Assembly: GCA_051382295.1 (NCBI GenBank)
Contig: JBBCAW010000004.1
Coordinates: forward strand, 32,001-96,000
Direction: 5' to 3'
Length of the DNA: 64,000 bases
Source of the DNA: Bdellovibrionota bacterium FG-1
Lineage (GTDB): Bacteria > Bdellovibrionota > UBA1018
Below the pieces are notes generated by a model that saw only the letters and a list, made by a program, of their open reading frames with translations, did not search any database and had not been told where the DNA came from. Positions 31,470 to 41,488 of this stretch are shown here, in pieces; positions within the stretch are counted from its first letter, which is position 1, and each line of letters opens with the position of its first letter. A program made the position numbers and the translations under genes.

Positions 31470-32081
31470 ATGAAAACACTTGTCATTAAATATCTCCCCT
31501 CCGGCGAAAAATCGAATACCGCAAAGCTTCTCAATATTTTTTTACATGAACTGGGCAACCACTCAGTCGAAACACTCGATCTGATCGAGCACCCTGCTCC
31601 TGCCTTCAATCTAGAAAGCATGGCTTCATATGCCAAACGCAACTATGGCGGCCAGACACTCAACCCCACGGAGGCTGCCGCGATTGCAGCTCAGGATCAA
31701 CTCGTCAAACAACTCAAATCAGCCAACGTCGTGGTCATGGCGTATCCCATGCATAATTTCGGCATGCCTGGCTCCGTTAAAACCTATCTCGACGCTATCA
31801 TGCAGGCCGGAGAAACTTTTGAGATGGGTAAAAAATTGATGGCAGGCCGAAAGGCACTGACGATATTCACCTCGGGTGGCCTTTATCCTACAAACCAAGC
31901 CACTCCTGAGTACCCAAACTGGGACACCCTGAGCGTTCTCTCCAAAATCAACTTCGGTTTCATGGGATTCGATGAGTCAGAGATTGTCACGACTTCGCTT
32001 CGTGATATGGAAAAAACTCCCGCCCGAATGGAAGAAGCGCGCGATAAGTTTCGGGCATTGATCAAGACTTGGTACGCCTAA
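31470..32081 (+). CDS. FMN-dependent NADH-azoreductase (flavodoxin_2)
   Basis: SNT, PMHNFGMPGSVKTYLD, TSGG, FGFMG. Confidence 0.82.
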   Translation: MKTLVIKYLPSGEKSNTAKLLNIFLHELGNHSVETLDLIEHPAPAFNLESMASYAKRNYGGQTLNPTEAAAIAAQDQLVKQLKSANVVVMAYPMHNFGMPGSVKTYLDAIMQAGETFEMGKKLMAGRKALTIFTSGGLYPTNQATPEYPNWDTLSVLSKINFGFMGFDESEIVTTSLRDMEKTPARMEEARDKFRALIKTWYA

Positions 32082-32481
32082 TTTTGCCGGATTCGAGATC
32101 TTTGCACATGCGCTCCCACCGCTCACGATGGGTGAGGTAACTGGCATTGAGCGTTTGATAGCGAAACTGATAGGCGGGGGTCGGTTTAGGCAGACCCTGG
32201 ATCGATACCATCAACTCATCGAGATGCTTACGCCGTTCGATGGGCGGCCGAGACTCGACCCCTGCTACATATTGATTATATAATCCATTGACCTGCTCAA
32301 TCAGAGGTTCGGCACGCTTGATCAACTCAATCAGCTTATCTGTGGAACCACCCGTGCCTTCATACGAAAACTTTTTCGAAGCTTCTTGTTCCTTTTTATC
32401 CTCGTCTTGATCAGCATCCTCGCGTTCACGTCGTCGAAGTCGCTCATTAAAACTTAAGTCACGTTTCGAATCGCTGCCCAT
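32062..32481 (-). CDS. Conserved helical hypothetical protein
   Basis: YNQYVAGVESRPP...FRYQTL...WER..LESG pattern recalls myxobacterial MXAN_5187-associated proteins. Confidence 0.6.
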   Translation of the reverse strand: MGSDSKRDLSFNERLRRREREDADQDEDKKEQEASKKFSYEGTGGSTDKLIELIKRAEPLIEQVNGLYNQYVAGVESRPPIERRKHLDELMVSIQGLPKPTPAYQFRYQTLNASYLTHRERWERMCKDLESGKIRRTKS

Positions 32482-32516
32482 ATCCTTAAAGATAGCACTT
32501 TCGAAAAATAAAAAAG

Positions 32517-33932
32517 TTAAGACTTAACAATTTCGGGAATTTCATCGACCCTGGAAATTGGACACAAGCGAATACCAGACAGCTTTGCCACACGGTCCAT
32601 AGAACTTCTCGGAACTACAAGTGTTTTAAATCCTAACTTCTTGCTCTCCGCCATTCGCTCTTCGAGTTGAGCCACCCGCCGCACCTCACCGGTTAGGCCT
32701 AGCTCACCAATAAACGCCCAGCCCGAAGGAATAGCCTTTTCTTCATAGCTCGACCAAATAGCGGCGGCAGCAGCCAAGTCACAGGCAGGCTCATTGATTT
32801 TGAGACCTCCGGCCACGTTGAAAAACAGATCTTGCTCCGCCAACCCGAGCCGCATGTGTTTCTCAAGAATTGCAGCCAGCAACGAAATTCGTGTCGCCTC
32901 GATTCCTACGGAGGTTCGCCTGGGCATCGCAAGAGTCGTGGGAGTCACCAAAGCCTGAAGCTCAATCAAAAGTGGCCTTGAACCTTCAAGTGACACTCCT
33001 ACCGCGACTCCAGCAACAGGTTCAGTCCGCTCGCCTAAAAACAGAGACGATGGATTCGCGACCTCGCGAAGGCCTTCGCCTTCCATTTCAAAGACCCCCA
33101 GCTCCCGGGTGCTACCGAAACGGTTTTTGACGGTTCTCAATAGGCGATAAGTGGCTCCCGCTTCGGCCTCAAAATAGAGTACCGTATCAACCATGTGCTC
33201 CACAGCCTTAGGACCCGCAATATTTCCTTCTTTAGTGACATGGCCAACGAGCCATACCGAAATCCCAGCCGACTTCGCCAAAGCCATCAGCTTCACTGCG
33301 ACCTCACGAACCTGACTGACGCTTCCCGGCGCGGATTCGAGACTTCCGCTTGAGAAAGTTTGCAGCGAGTCCATGATCACCACTTGAGGTTTTAATTCCT
33401 TAATGGTCGCGAAGACCTGCTCAAGCTGGGTTTCAGTGGCCAGAAAAATACGACCTTTTCCTGCAACGCCTAACCGATGGGCCCGCCCCCGAATCTGGTC
33501 AATGGACTCTTCACCGCTGACATAAAGAATTTTAAGTTCTGGATTTTTTTGGTGGAGTCCTCGGGCCATCTGGAGCAGGAGCGTACTTTTTCCTATTCCC
33601 GGATCCCCTCCCACCAAAACAAAACTATCCGGAATGAGCCCGCCTCCCAGAACCCGATCCAACTCGCCCATACCGGTATTGAGCCGTTTCTGGGCAACTA
33701 AACCGCTCCCAGTAGAAGGCTCACCTGACTCGTCATCCTCCGGATCCAGCGGAACCCAGTCTCGCGCACTCCGTGGAATCCCGATGGCCTCGCGCGTGGA
33801 TCGAAATTCAGACTGGGGCTTTTCCTCGATAAAAGTATTCCACGCCTCGCAACCAGGACACCGTCCTAACCACTTAGTTGTATTATATCCGCAGGTTTGG
33901 CAGCTATAGTGAGTTTTTACTTTGGCACTCAT
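32517..33932 (-). CDS. radA: DNA repair protein RadA/Sms
   Basis: C4 zinc finger, GDPGIGKS, KNRFG, Lon-like C-terminus. Confidence 0.97.
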   Translation of the reverse strand: MSAKVKTHYSCQTCGYNTTKWLGRCPGCEAWNTFIEEKPQSEFRSTREAIGIPRSARDWVPLDPEDDESGEPSTGSGLVAQKRLNTGMGELDRVLGGGLIPDSFVLVGGDPGIGKSTLLLQMARGLHQKNPELKILYVSGEESIDQIRGRAHRLGVAGKGRIFLATETQLEQVFATIKELKPQVVIMDSLQTFSSGSLESAPGSVSQVREVAVKLMALAKSAGISVWLVGHVTKEGNIAGPKAVEHMVDTVLYFEAEAGATYRLLRTVKNRFGSTRELGVFEMEGEGLREVANPSSLFLGERTEPVAGVAVGVSLEGSRPLLIELQALVTPTTLAMPRRTSVGIEATRISLLAAILEKHMRLGLAEQDLFFNVAGGLKINEPACDLAAAAAIWSSYEEKAIPSGWAFIGELGLTGEVRRVAQLEERMAESKKLGFKTLVVPRSSMDRVAKLSGIRLCPISRVDEIPEIVKS

Positions 33933-35413
33933 GGTTTTAATACAACTCGTTTAATAGCCGAGTACCAACGCGCCATCGTTTCTTGACGGCCTTTATCATC
34001 TAGTTTTGGATCAAACACTCTCTCCTCTTTCCAGGTTTTTTCGATATCCGTCAATTCAGTCCAGATTCCGGCCCCTAGACCCGCGGCAAAAACCGCTCCG
34101 AGACTTGTGGTTTCAAGGAGCTTGGGCCGCCGCAGCCTCGTTCCAAGAATATCGGCCTGAAACTGCATCAACAAATTATTAGCAGAAGCGCCCCCATCGA
34201 CATTCAGACTTGAAAGTGGATTGCCAGAATCCTTTTGCATCGAGGTGAGAATCTCCGCGTTCTGAAAGGCCATGCCCTCAAGCACAGCCCGTGCCATATG
34301 TGCGCGTGTCGTACCCCGAGTCAGTCCTGTAAACATTCCCGTCGCACCCGGATCCCAATAAGGCGCCCCAAGTCCGGTCAAAGCCGGCACAAACACCACA
34401 CCATCGGTTGAAGGCACTGAAGCCGCAAGAGCCTCGATTTCAGAAGAATCTTGAATGAATTTGAGCCCATCTCGAACCCATTGAACAGCCGCACCCGCGA
34501 TAAAAGCACTCCCTTCCAGCGCGTAGGTGAATGAACCGTCCGCCAACGCCCACGCGATAGTGGTCAACATACGATGCCGACTTTTACATGGCTTGCGGCC
34601 GGTATTTAGAAGCATAAAAGCGCCGGTTCCAAAAGTGCACTTAGCGGTTCCCTCACGGATGCAAGCCTGCCCCATCAGGGCCGATTGTTGATCGCCCAAC
34701 ACGCCGGTGATCGGAATTCCATCTGGAAGCCCCGGAAAGTCACGGGTCAGCGCAAAAGTACCGGTCGAAGGGTGCACTTCAGGCCAAATATCCATCGGCA
34801 CCCCAAGTGCCTCACAAAGCGTGGAATCCCAGCGGTGCTCGGTCAGATGATAGGCTAGCGTGCGGGACGCATTGCTTGGCTCGGTAATATGAACCGCACC
34901 GCCAGAAAGTTGGTAAATTAAATAACTATCAATCGTTCCAACGGCGAGCCGGCCCTCTCGATGCGCTCGCTTAACTACATCCCAATTATTGAGTGCCCAA
35001 GCTACCTTAGTACCCGAGAAATAGGGGTCCAAAAGAAGTCCGGTATGATCTTGAAATGTTGCTTCTAAGCCTCTTGTCTTTAATTCCTGACAAAAGTCAG
35101 CCGTCCTGCGATCCTGCCAGACAATGGCTCGTGCCACCGGCTCCCCAGTATGCCGGTCCCAAAAGCAAACAGTTTCGCGCTGATTGGTAATCCCGATGGC
35201 AGCAATCCGTTTCACTTGGATGTGCTGGGTAACCTCACGAACGGTCTGGACGACTGTTGAATGAATGTCATCGAGATCATGTTCAACCCATCCTGGCTTT
35301 GGAAAGTGTTGTTCAAAATCGACGCTCGCCTCGGCGACTCGATTCAAGTCCGTATCCATCAGCAGTGCGGTTGTTCCAGTCGTTCCTTGATCGATCGCCA
35401 AAATATAGTCCAT
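33929..35413 (-). CDS. glpK: Glycerol kinase
   Basis: DQGTTGT, GITNQRET, WQDRRT, PYFSGTK, GDQQ, GLGAPYW, VDGG. Confidence 0.96.
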   Translation of the reverse strand: MDYILAIDQGTTGTTALLMDTDLNRVAEASVDFEQHFPKPGWVEHDLDDIHSTVVQTVREVTQHIQVKRIAAIGITNQRETVCFWDRHTGEPVARAIVWQDRRTADFCQELKTRGLEATFQDHTGLLLDPYFSGTKVAWALNNWDVVKRAHREGRLAVGTIDSYLIYQLSGGAVHITEPSNASRTLAYHLTEHRWDSTLCEALGVPMDIWPEVHPSTGTFALTRDFPGLPDGIPITGVLGDQQSALMGQACIREGTAKCTFGTGAFMLLNTGRKPCKSRHRMLTTIAWALADGSFTYALEGSAFIAGAAVQWVRDGLKFIQDSSEIEALAASVPSTDGVVFVPALTGLGAPYWDPGATGMFTGLTRGTTRAHMARAVLEGMAFQNAEILTSMQKDSGNPLSSLNVDGGASANNLLMQFQADILGTRLRRPKLLETTSLGAVFAAGLGAGIWTELTDIEKTWKEERVFDPKLDDKGRQETMARWYSAIKRVVLKP

Positions 35414-35484
35414 TTGAGGACCCCCTTGCTTTGGGCAAAAAATACCGTCTTGGCCTCAGCCAATCAATCTTTTACTCTCTTCTA

Positions 35485-36189
35485 ATGAACCTATTCTTGC
35501 GATTCCTCTTTGAAACTTTAAAAAGATATTTCCGCGTTGACGTTTACGGCCTCGAAAACATCCCCAAACGAGGGAAAGCCCTTATTGCGCCGAATCATTC
35601 GGGCTGCAGCGGAGTTGACGCGCTCATGCTTGGCTATCTATTGCATGACATGACACCTCGAATGCCGAGGATTTTGACGCTCTGGAGCGTTTTCAGGCGA
35701 ATCCCGATCTTAGTGCCCACCGCCGAAGGCCTGGGGCTCAAAGCCGCCTCCGTTGAAAACGGCATTCACCTTTTGCGCAAAAATAATTTAGTGGTTTGCT
35801 TTCCAGAAGGGGAAGCCGGCAGCCTCAAGCCAACAGGCGAACGCTATCACCTTCAACCGTTCAAAACCGGGTTCATAAGAATGGCCCTGACCACCGGCTC
35901 TCCGATCATTCCTTGCATCATCATCGGCGCCGAAGAAGCCAATATTAATCTAGCCACGGTCGAGCTAGGCCGCAAGAAATATCGGATTCCACTTCCGCTC
36001 AATATGCTTCCGCTGCCAGCTAAATGGGACGTTCGATTCTTACCGCCTATCGATCTCAACACTTACCGTCACTGCGTGGACGACAAGGAAAAATTGCGTG
36101 AAATCGCCGACCAAATTCAGCTCCAAATGCAGAAATCCTTGAACGCTGAGCTCGAACGTCGTGATTATGTGTATCTAAAACACGCATAG
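35485..36189 (+). CDS. PlsC-like lysophospholipid acyltransferase
   Basis: NHSGCSGVD, FPEG, FKTGF..MA, PIIP. Confidence 0.85.
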   Translation: MNLFLRFLFETLKRYFRVDVYGLENIPKRGKALIAPNHSGCSGVDALMLGYLLHDMTPRMPRILTLWSVFRRIPILVPTAEGLGLKAASVENGIHLLRKNNLVVCFPEGEAGSLKPTGERYHLQPFKTGFIRMALTTGSPIIPCIIIGAEEANINLATVELGRKKYRIPLPLNMLPLPAKWDVRFLPPIDLNTYRHCVDDKEKLREIADQIQLQMQKSLNAELERRDYVYLKHA

Positions 36190-36246
36190 CCTTTTTTCAT
36201 CTGGAATACTTAGTGCAACCTCCGCCGGTATACCCCGGAGGTGCTC

Positions 36247-36663
36247 ATGAAATCGATTAACCTATTATTTTTCGTCTTGACGCTGAGTGCGGCAATAGGC
36301 GCTGCAGGTTGCGGAGATTCGAACAACCTTACGACCCGTCCCAATCCTGACACAACTGCCCGCGGTGGCGCCGCAGGCCAGGCGGGTAGCATGGTTCATA
36401 TTCCAGTCAATGCGGCGGGTATGGGACCAGCCGCCTTTGGTCCTAATCCGTTGGTGGTTCCTCCTGGCACCCTAGTGACCTGGACTAACGATGATCCCAA
36501 CACCCACACGGTCACTTCGGATTCAGGCCTTTGGGACTCAGGGCCGCTTGAAGAAGGGGATGCGTTTTCCTACACGTTTACAAGTCCTGGGGTATTTCCA
36601 TACCATTGCTCTATTCATGGTTCACAGAGCATGTCGGGATCCGTGCAGGTTACTTCTCCCTGA
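36247..36663 (+). CDS. Plastocyanin/azurin-like blue copper lipoprotein
   Basis: AAGC lipobox; WTN..HTV and YHCSIH..M type-1 Cu ligands. Confidence 0.88.
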   Translation: MKSINLLFFVLTLSAAIGAAGCGDSNNLTTRPNPDTTARGGAAGQAGSMVHIPVNAAGMGPAAFGPNPLVVPPGTLVTWTNDDPNTHTVTSDSGLWDSGPLEEGDAFSYTFTSPGVFPYHCSIHGSQSMSGSVQVTSP

Positions 36664-39067
36664 GATCTAAAATGCGCGGAAGCTTTCCGGTGCGTGCAAC
36701 ACGCGGGAGCCCCCCAGGCGTGATGGATTGAAGTGCGACTCGCTCTTCGACATATGAAACTGAATGAGTCGCGTGCACGTCTTTTGAAAGTCGATGCAAT
36801 TGAAGAGCGAAGCAGTGCCCAAGACTTTTATAGTCCCGTCGGTCAGTCTCAATAAACACGGTCATTTGCTCTAAAACCACGCCGTCCCGCATTATTTCTC
36901 GGATGCTCATTTGAAAAGTAGCTTCGTCGATCCCTGCTTGGAGAAGTGCGGCTTCGACCTCCACTAGTAAAACCCGGCAGGACCAAACATTCATCTGACC
37001 GTCGCATCGTCCATGCAAAACGAACTTCGGTTCTTTGCTCCCACACAAGCAGCCCCGCTGGGGTTCGCCCCAACTCACCTGGTCCCCAGTTTTTAGGCGA
37101 ACCACTGGCATATTTTGCCGAACCAGCGAGGTGACCACAGCCTCATCCTCTATGATTTCGAGATCAACGAAGTCAGAAAATAGATGATGCTCCCCCGGTC
37201 CACAGTACCCGCACTGATATCCGATCGGCCCCGCATCTACGGATGCATATCCCGCCGATCCAAAACGCCGGGTCTTCCAATTGTTTTCAAATTGTCTTCT
37301 CGCTTGGACATTCAAATGTTCCCCCGCGTAACAAAGCTGAGAAATCTCGATATTTAGGCCAAGTTCCAATCCACGGTTTAATAATGAAATCAAAAGAGAG
37401 GGTAATCCCACGATAACATCTGGCCTAAAATCGACGAGATATTTCAAAATAAGGTCAGGGTCGGCATTTCCCCCAATGGGCAAAATCTGGGCCTGGCAAT
37501 GAACCAACGCACGATCTACGGCCAAAAAAGAAGACCATAAATTTCCGGCGACAAAAAGATTGGCACATAAAGTCCCCTTGCCAATACCTTGCGCACTCAA
37601 CCCTCGCGAAAGCATTTTTGCGACTGCATCGAACTCGCCATAGGAATAATAGGCAAATTTGGGCTGACCACTGGTGCCACCGGACGAAAAAACATAACCG
37701 GGCTCCAGGTCCTTTTTGAGCGATAACCTCGATGAAATGTGATCGCTTGCGGTCTGAACGCCCCGATTTTCATCAGGGATCATCCTCGTCAACTCGACCC
37801 AGCTATAACGACCATCATGAGGCGATCCTTCCATCCCCGTCATCATCTGACCGATTGGCGCAAAACGACTCAATCCCCACGCTGCCCCCTCAATCAACAG
37901 AGCCTCATGGTCGCCATCGGCTGCTAAATACCCACAAGTTTGCAGAAACGCCGAATACGGTGAAATCTGACGGCCTAAATCCTCGATCGTCTTGAACCTC
38001 TTGATAATCAAAGTGCGATTCAACGGCGAAGCGCGCAAACCCGGCGTTGGATCGAAACTCAGGAGCCAATCTTGACCTTCGAAAACCGCGCCACCTTCCA
38101 GGAGTTCATTATAAACCGCCCGCGACCGTTCTTTGAGTATCTCCACATGCTCATCGTCCGAGAGCGTGCCCCGTTCCCACTGTGCCTGACTCAATCCATT
38201 TCCAACCGCTTCCATAAGCGCCTTTAAATCAATGCCATCTTGGATGAAAAGAGTTTGGGGGGAAGAACAGGCTGATTGATCCCAAAGGCTGACATCCGTA
38301 GCGATTTTCTCGGCCAAGTCCGTCAAACCATGGCCTTTCTTGATCTCCCCCTCAAACGCATTTTTGAAGATCGCCTGAAAAGAAATTTTTGGCCCATGCT
38401 CAATCAAGACCGTTCCGGCTCCCAAGTTGCGTCGATAAGATGCGATCATCTCCTGACCACCCCAAGCGATGATCGCATTCACGCGCGACTTGAAAACGTC
38501 CTCAACCTCGGACTTGCCGCCCGGCCAATAAACAAGGGAAAATTTGTCCGCGATCACACTGTAGGGATCGGCTTCGATGATTGACTGGGCGAAAAGCACC
38601 GGAAACCGTTGGTTTTTTCCACTGAGTTTCATAATTGAAACGTTCTTGGTCACAAAACCATTCAGAAGAGAGTCAATGCATCCGATGAAAACATTCCCCG
38701 CCGCCACATGAAGCACGGTTCCGTAAGGAGCGGCGTGTACCCTGCCCGCATAACCTTGCCTGGGGATGAACCGATCCAGAATCTCGGCGTCTCCAAATTC
38801 GATTGCGAGGCGCTTTGTGATTGCCGTTCTATTACAAAGAACTGGGATCACTCGTAAGGTTTGTTCAATCATCGCTTTGCTAAAGGCAATTTCATCCGAT
38901 AACTCTTCGAGGGCACGACGAAAGTATTCTCCTTCGGACTGCCACAGCCGACCAACGCGATCAATGACAGCGAGAATTTCCGAGAGAGGCGTGCGCGCGA
39001 TGAGGGCTCTTTTTCCCTCAGCGTCCTCCAAGAGTTTCATGGCTTCCTCAGCAGTGTTTAACAGCAT
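36650..39067 (-). CDS. LuxC-type acyl-CoA reductase fused to a PaaK-like adenylating domain
   Basis: HVAAGN, AWGG, HGPKISF, DQSACSSPQ, PHDG; then SSGGTSGQPK, YAGE, GYASVDAG, TGD, GRCD. Confidence 0.85.
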   Translation of the reverse strand: MLLNTAEEAMKLLEDAEGKRALIARTPLSEILAVIDRVGRLWQSEGEYFRRALEELSDEIAFSKAMIEQTLRVIPVLCNRTAITKRLAIEFGDAEILDRFIPRQGYAGRVHAAPYGTVLHVAAGNVFIGCIDSLLNGFVTKNVSIMKLSGKNQRFPVLFAQSIIEADPYSVIADKFSLVYWPGGKSEVEDVFKSRVNAIIAWGGQEMIASYRRNLGAGTVLIEHGPKISFQAIFKNAFEGEIKKGHGLTDLAEKIATDVSLWDQSACSSPQTLFIQDGIDLKALMEAVGNGLSQAQWERGTLSDDEHVEILKERSRAVYNELLEGGAVFEGQDWLLSFDPTPGLRASPLNRTLIIKRFKTIEDLGRQISPYSAFLQTCGYLAADGDHEALLIEGAAWGLSRFAPIGQMMTGMEGSPHDGRYSWVELTRMIPDENRGVQTASDHISSRLSLKKDLEPGYVFSSGGTSGQPKFAYYSYGEFDAVAKMLSRGLSAQGIGKGTLCANLFVAGNLWSSFLAVDRALVHCQAQILPIGGNADPDLILKYLVDFRPDVIVGLPSLLISLLNRGLELGLNIEISQLCYAGEHLNVQARRQFENNWKTRRFGSAGYASVDAGPIGYQCGYCGPGEHHLFSDFVDLEIIEDEAVVTSLVRQNMPVVRLKTGDQVSWGEPQRGCLCGSKEPKFVLHGRCDGQMNVWSCRVLLVEVEAALLQAGIDEATFQMSIREIMRDGVVLEQMTVFIETDRRDYKSLGHCFALQLHRLSKDVHATHSVSYVEERVALQSITPGGLPRVARTGKLPRILDLREK

Positions 39068-39071
39068 GATC

Positions 39072-40175
39072 TTACCTCAGTTTCTCTAGAGCCGTGATGG
39101 CGCAACCCTTGTGCTTTGAAATCCCCGCACGCCCCAGAATTTCTAGGGTTGGGCCCCCTCTTGAACAAGAGCACTGCCCCAAACGCCCCCAATCGGTAGT
39201 CAAAAGTGAAATCGATGGATAGCTATCCAAGTAAGAGCAAAGAAAATGAATCAACCCCCTTTGCCCAGACTCAAGAGGTAAAAGAGTTTGGGGATCACGA
39301 ATCAAGACCCGAGCATAGTTGGGAATATGGAGTTGGCCCAGCTCGCAATCCACGTAGGGAATTCCGTGTTCCACCATTCCAAACATATCGCGAATATTTT
39401 CAACTGGAATCCCAAGCCGCCCTGACACAAGTTTTCTAAAATCGGCTTTGGGTATTTGCTCATCGGCAAATGTTTTCCAGCCCCCTCCCGTCTGAACCCA
39501 CGACTTCGCGCCTAGGTTAAGCTGAAGATCAAAATCCTTAAGAATCTTGGCCAAAAAAGCGGGAAATCCGAGGATTCGAACGGGCCGTTGATCCCGCTCG
39601 AATTCGCGAAGGACCTGGACGACTCCCTCGGCATTGAACACAAAGTCCGACTTACTTTCGCTCCATTGGAGCGCATAATAGATCCGATGAACGCCGGTAA
39701 AACTGGTCAAAAGCTCATCGGTGAAAGCGGTTCCTAGATCCTTAGCTACTCGTGGGTCATACGTGAAACAGAGATAGTTGGTCTGCTTCGGGGTGGTCAT
39801 CCCTAAAGACTCATGGATTTTATAGGCTAGCTTTTTAACACGATCCAGCGACCGTTGACTCAATAAAATCTGGCTTTTCTGGCCTCCCGTTCCCGAACTG
39901 GTTAAAGTCAAAACCACCTGATCCCTAGGGATGGAGAGGAGTTCGTGCTCTTTGAATAAATTCACTAAGATGGGAGGAACCTTAATTAGATCCTCTTCCA
40001 CTTGAATATCGTCAGGACGAAGAGAGTGCCGTTGCCAAAGCTTCCTAAAATATTCGTTCCCTTGATAGTGAGCTAAGGCTGCTTCCCGGAAGCTCTCTAA
40101 AAAAAGTTTGCTGTTTTCTGGCGTATTTGCGAAGGGATCCGTTTCAAAAAGACGATCAACCGCACTCGCGCTCAT
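39072..40175 (-). CDS. LuxE-type acyl-protein synthetase
   Basis: TSSGTGG, GFPAF, TGGGWK, FGMVEH, LLTTD, ILGRAG..KGC terminal Cys. Confidence 0.88.
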   Translation of the reverse strand: MSASAVDRLFETDPFANTPENSKLFLESFREAALAHYQGNEYFRKLWQRHSLRPDDIQVEEDLIKVPPILVNLFKEHELLSIPRDQVVLTLTSSGTGGQKSQILLSQRSLDRVKKLAYKIHESLGMTTPKQTNYLCFTYDPRVAKDLGTAFTDELLTSFTGVHRIYYALQWSESKSDFVFNAEGVVQVLREFERDQRPVRILGFPAFLAKILKDFDLQLNLGAKSWVQTGGGWKTFADEQIPKADFRKLVSGRLGIPVENIRDMFGMVEHGIPYVDCELGQLHIPNYARVLIRDPQTLLPLESGQRGLIHFLCSYLDSYPSISLLTTDWGRLGQCSCSRGGPTLEILGRAGISKHKGCAITALEKLR

Positions 40176-41335
40176 TCAGTCTCCTCCTGATTGACGGAAT
40201 CCAGAATCCTTTCCTTCCACTTTTCAAAATAGTGGAGAAGGTATTTTTTATTGACCCCCGCAAGCTCGATCCCGGAAAAATCCAGAATTTCGAAGGTTTT
40301 GCTGAAAACGCTGTAGTCATATCGATATTGACCTTGCACCTGAAAGGCCGGAAAATAGGCCGACGGGATAAAACCTGCGTTAATAATATGATCGACCGTT
40401 TCAAGTTGGTCCGCACGCACGATGGTTTCGATATAGCGAACCCCCCGGTCCCTGAGTAGCGTTGAGACGGTCTCGAGCAGGTTTTTTCCATCCAGATCAA
40501 TGGGTTTTCGAATGCCAACGATCGTGCAATATTTATCGAGCGGAGACAGATAAAGAAAGACCTGCACCTCATCGTCTGGTGAACTCATCATCACGTTAGG
40601 TTCGTGAAAAGGGTAAAAAGAAAAAGGGAGCTGTCCGGAATCCCTCAACTTTCGAAAGCGATGAATCGTATATTTTGGCGCATCCAAAATTTCTAAAAGA
40701 ACCTGAGGCGAAGTTTTTTTAGGGGGAGCTGTTTGAATTTGCTGAGGGGTTGCAATACTCAGAGCGGGAAGACAGCACTCGAGCTGGACAATCTGATACA
40801 AATCCACCAATTGCGGGTGAAGGGGGAACTCGGTATAGCGCCTCTGGAGGGAGCTCCCGCTGAAAAGGGCCACCAGACAATGGGTCTCGTAGGTGTCCGT
40901 CCGATGAACATTAGGGAAAATCCCGAGCTTACGGTATCCCAGTTTTTCGGTGACGATTTGCGGCGCCTTGGTCGCGGTTCGCGTGGTAGCGTAGATGACC
41001 TCGACCCCGGTTTCTGAGTTCCGTGTCAGTGCCTGCAAACCAAAGGTCATCGATTTTTCTAACAGGCTGGCTCCCCGATGTTCTGGCAATACGACGCCAC
41101 CAAAGGTCTTGGCCAATCGATTGACTGAATCGACCTCGTAAACGACCGAACAGACGATCTCGGCGGATTTCTCCGCAATCACCCAAACTGAGGAAGGGTT
41201 AGACAAAAACCCACGCAGCAGATTCACATCGCGCATCAAAGAATCGGGATACTCGCCCTTGTATACCTTATGATAAAGAAGCGAGATTTCCAGCGCATCT
41301 GAGGGCTGCGCGAGCCGGATTTGGTAGTCAGTCAT
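40172..41335 (-). CDS. GNAT-fold N-acyltransferase (possibly tandem GNAT)
   Basis: IRLAQPSDA, VVLPEHRGASL, EKLGY, second AGFIP motif. Confidence 0.7.
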   Translation of the reverse strand: MTDYQIRLAQPSDALEISLLYHKVYKGEYPDSLMRDVNLLRGFLSNPSSVWVIAEKSAEIVCSVVYEVDSVNRLAKTFGGVVLPEHRGASLLEKSMTFGLQALTRNSETGVEVIYATTRTATKAPQIVTEKLGYRKLGIFPNVHRTDTYETHCLVALFSGSSLQRRYTEFPLHPQLVDLYQIVQLECCLPALSIATPQQIQTAPPKKTSPQVLLEILDAPKYTIHRFRKLRDSGQLPFSFYPFHEPNVMMSSPDDEVQVFLYLSPLDKYCTIVGIRKPIDLDGKNLLETVSTLLRDRGVRYIETIVRADQLETVDHIINAGFIPSAYFPAFQVQGQYRYDYSVFSKTFEILDFSGIELAGVNKKYLLHYFEKWKERILDSVNQEETE

Positions 41336-41488
41336 TGTTTCACCCTTGCTCTCAATATAGGGGAAACTCTATTTTTTAACTACGTCAATGAATTGACAAA
41401 GAAATCCGTTTTATCTTCGCTTAGTGCCAAGAGCGCGGCGAATTTTGCCTATTTTGTCCAGACGACAAATCACCGATAAGTCCTTGGG

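Noticed and set aside
35257..35484. Long head-to-head overlaps (acyltransferase/glpK; also hutG/GYF_2 gene)
   Set aside because: They disappear when downstream ATG starts are used.
36650..40175. Bioluminescence operon
   Set aside because: No luxA/luxB/luxD in the window. LuxC/LuxE homologs alone do not imply light production.
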